Source of the DNA: Takakia lepidozioides
Taxonomy: Eukaryota; Plantae; Bryophyta
Assembly (NCBI GenBank): GCA_030704615.1
Contig: CM060732.1
Coordinates: forward strand, 3,596,001 to 3,660,000
Reading direction: 5' to 3'
Length of the DNA: 64,000 nucleotides
In this document: positions 62,421-64,000 of the stretch, piece after piece
Numbering within the stretch: the stretch's first letter is position 1
How the letters are laid out: the number at the start of each line of letters is the position of its first letter
The notes under the pieces: generated by a model
What the model saw: the letters and a program-made list of their open reading frames with translations, nothing else
The model's database searches: none
Told to the model about the DNA's origin: nothing
Position numbers and translations under genes: made by a program

Positions 62421-64000
62421 GAAATGTACTTTGGCATGGTATTAGGTTGAAATCGTGGTATGAGGTTCACCATGATTTGAACCTCATACCTCGTCACTGT
62501 AATGCACATTACCTAGCCACCACTCTACTATATGCTTCATGCCAATCCTTTGATTTTCTAATTTTTTATATTCTACAATACAGGCTCCCAGGGGAGAGGG
62601 GGGGGATTTGACAGCGCGCCCGCCTGCGGAACGTCGCCATTATGGCCATCCCCAACGACCGTACCGGCAAGGCTCCCACGCTTACATTGAACTCAATGGG
62701 TAAGCGTAGTCCTCTATGGTAGTATTGTGCCTACAACAAATTTGAAACAGTTTTACAATTTTCTGGCGTGAGCTCACCATAACATATTCTCTACATATTC
62801 CTAGATCATATATAATAAATTTGAAACAGTTTCACAATTTTTCTAGCGTGAGCACATTTTCGTTTCACCATGACATGATCTCTACATATTCCTAGAATAT
62901 ATAGAATATTCTTTTTTCAGCTCACATGAGCATGCTCATAGGCTACCCAACCTCTCTTGGATGATGTTTTAGAACGAGAAAGGGTTCCATAGAAGTTTGT
63001 AGAAACTCCCACTCCATCTCCAGAGACATACCTCACTTGAGCAGAGGAGCCTAGTCTCTTCAACAATAGGTGTACTCTTTCTTAACAGAGGAAGTGTATG
63101 CAGTCTTGCATTGAGCACGTCATTTATGAAATTTTCGAACAGCGCCATGGTCTTTGGTAGAGAGAAACTCCCTTTCATGTCAGACCCAATTAGGCAGGTG
63201 GAGGGGGAATACTAGCTGCCTACCGGAGGCCAGTCAAGGGGACAAGCCTTGGCAAGAGAGGAGCCCAAGTGCTGTTCATCCCCCGCACTAACTTTCACCA
63301 TGTCTTGCAAGAGTGCTTCAGCTCTGCTCCACGATTTTTAGGACTACCTCAAATGATCACACGAGGCTTGGTTCCTACCTGCAAACACACCCTTCTCCTA
63401 CTCTAGGAGTGATCATGTAACTGTCCCACTCAAAACGTGGCAGCTCTGCGGTATGATTGAACAAGCAAAAACCAGCTGCGAAGGCTCTGGCAAGTAGAAA
63501 CCTTAAAATGCTTTATACTACCCTCACGGTTTGTTTAAGGGAGCAGCTCTAAAGTGTACCCTAAAGACACCACTTACTGATCTCGAAGACACACGCCAAG
63601 CCCAAGCCTGTGGATCAGTCTCACGCCCAAGGATCCAACAGATAACTAGAGTTCAAGGTACAAAAGCTCCCAGGGAATTGCCTGCTGAGGGATCGAATGT
63701 TACAGGAGTGACCGTGGCGATGATCAATCTGTCATTTAAAGAAAGGACGTCTTGAGGGTCAATTGTATTCAAAAGCACCGGCCTATCGGGTCATAGCAGA
63801 TCATCATACGCAATAATTGCCCTAGTTTGTTGATCAGGGACGATTTTGGTGGGTGGAGGACAGCCGCTCCCAGCTAGCACGGAATGGGCCTTGGCAGCCG
63901 CAGCTGCAGTGGCAGCAGCCAGAACTGAGGGCTTCTGCAAACCCCTTCGGCGAGACCGTGGGTTTGGCTGTAGGGTCCCAGGTTGTGCTGCAAATCCACC

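Noticed and set aside
60600-64000. Short ORFs at the right end
   Set aside because: No recognisable homology; cannot be supported.

Overview
Eukaryotic nuclear DNA, almost entirely nested and rearranged transposable elements. The host is most likely a non-seed land plant, judged from spliceosomal introns and captured fragments of PPR, polyphenol oxidase, DUF2921 and dynein heavy chain. No intact housekeeping gene, rRNA, tRNA or CRISPR was seen. Main components: (1) two copies of a large CACTA/EnSpm element with CACTACAG ends at 21300 and 39402, each carrying a Tnp2 transposase and a SET-domain gene; (2) three copies of a Mutator-type transposase (GCM-like zinc domain, DDE, SWIM), two of them head-to-head with spliced partner genes, one ParB/Srx-like (DGNHR) and one ending in a bacterial-type N6A/N4C DNA methyltransferase segment; (3) a DNMT3-like fragment; (4) a Ty3/Gypsy element with a C5-cytosine methyltransferase between protease and RT, scrambled by nested inversions; (5) a LINE family with inferred order 2A-like peptide, APE, RT, chromodomain, PCIF1/CAPAM-like methyltransferase fold, RNase H; (6) a 117-bp palindromic tandem array, a mosaic of host gene fragments, a Mutator-type MITE and a second CACTA family. 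The striking theme is several unrelated TE classes each carrying chromatin or nucleic-acid methylation domains. All domain calls come from motif recognition by eye without database searches; coordinates of degenerate parts are approximate.
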